Positions 63,892-64,000 of a stretch of 64,000 bases of DNA are shown piece after piece. A program made the position numbers and the translations under genes. Origin of the DNA: a virus (lineage: Duplodnaviria; Caudoviricetes); IMG/VR virus record IMGVR_UViG_3300013383_000002, positions 1-64,000 of that record; one strand, given 5' to 3'. Positions within the stretch are counted from its first letter, which is position 1. Each line of letters begins with the position of its first letter. The notes beneath the pieces were generated by a model. It worked only from the letters and a program-made list of their open reading frames with translations, searched no databases and was not told the DNA's origin.

Positions 63892-64000
63892 GCATTCAAA
63901 CTCACCAAATTCTGAATTTTTTCTTTATCTTTCAGCTTCATCGCTTTGATTCCCATCGTCGCGCGCGACAGCAGAGGAATTTCATCCATCTTTAGACGAA
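63888..64000 (-). CDS. gyrA: 3' end of a type IIA topoisomerase A subunit (GyrA/ParC), partial
   Basis: RLKMDEIPLLSRATMGIKAMKL resembles a C-terminal beta-pinwheel blade; only 36 codons visible. Confidence 0.6.
   Translation of the reverse strand, partial: RLKMDEIPLLSRATMGIKAMKLKDKEKIQNLVSLNA

Noticed and set aside
1-64000. tRNA/rRNA genes, integrase, group II introns
   Set aside because: No cloverleaf, recombinase motif, or RT/domain V signature recognised by eye

Overview
The window is part of a large, AT-rich, long-tailed dsDNA phage genome. Sigma-A-type promoters and GGAGG RBSs point to a Firmicutes host, and the gene order is SPbeta-like; both are inferences. The + strand (1-34.8 kb) carries packaging, head and tail genes. 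The - strand (34.8-64 kb) carries nucleotide metabolism and replication genes: RuvC-like resolvase, dUTPase, ThyX-like, deaminase, class II RNR, DnaE, a putative R-M pair, RecJ, primase, helicase, an AAA ATPase, an SSB-like gene and the 3' end of gyrA. The main result is a very heavy load of self-splicing elements. I reconstruct 12 group I introns in 7 genes (terL x3, tail tube x1, tape measure x2, thyX x1, dnaE x1, recJ x1, AAA ATPase x3) plus 2 inteins in DnaE. For each intron the junction was derived from P1/P10 pairing and restores an in-frame protein. Unusual cases are a 28-nt micro-exon, a predicted C-G 5' splice site and a possible omega-A intron. A second signal that the gene list does not explain is strong enrichment of GCGCG/CGCGC words and depletion of TTAA in core genes, with the GCGCG/CGCGC words missing from the mobile inserts. 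All counts are by hand and no database searches were run.
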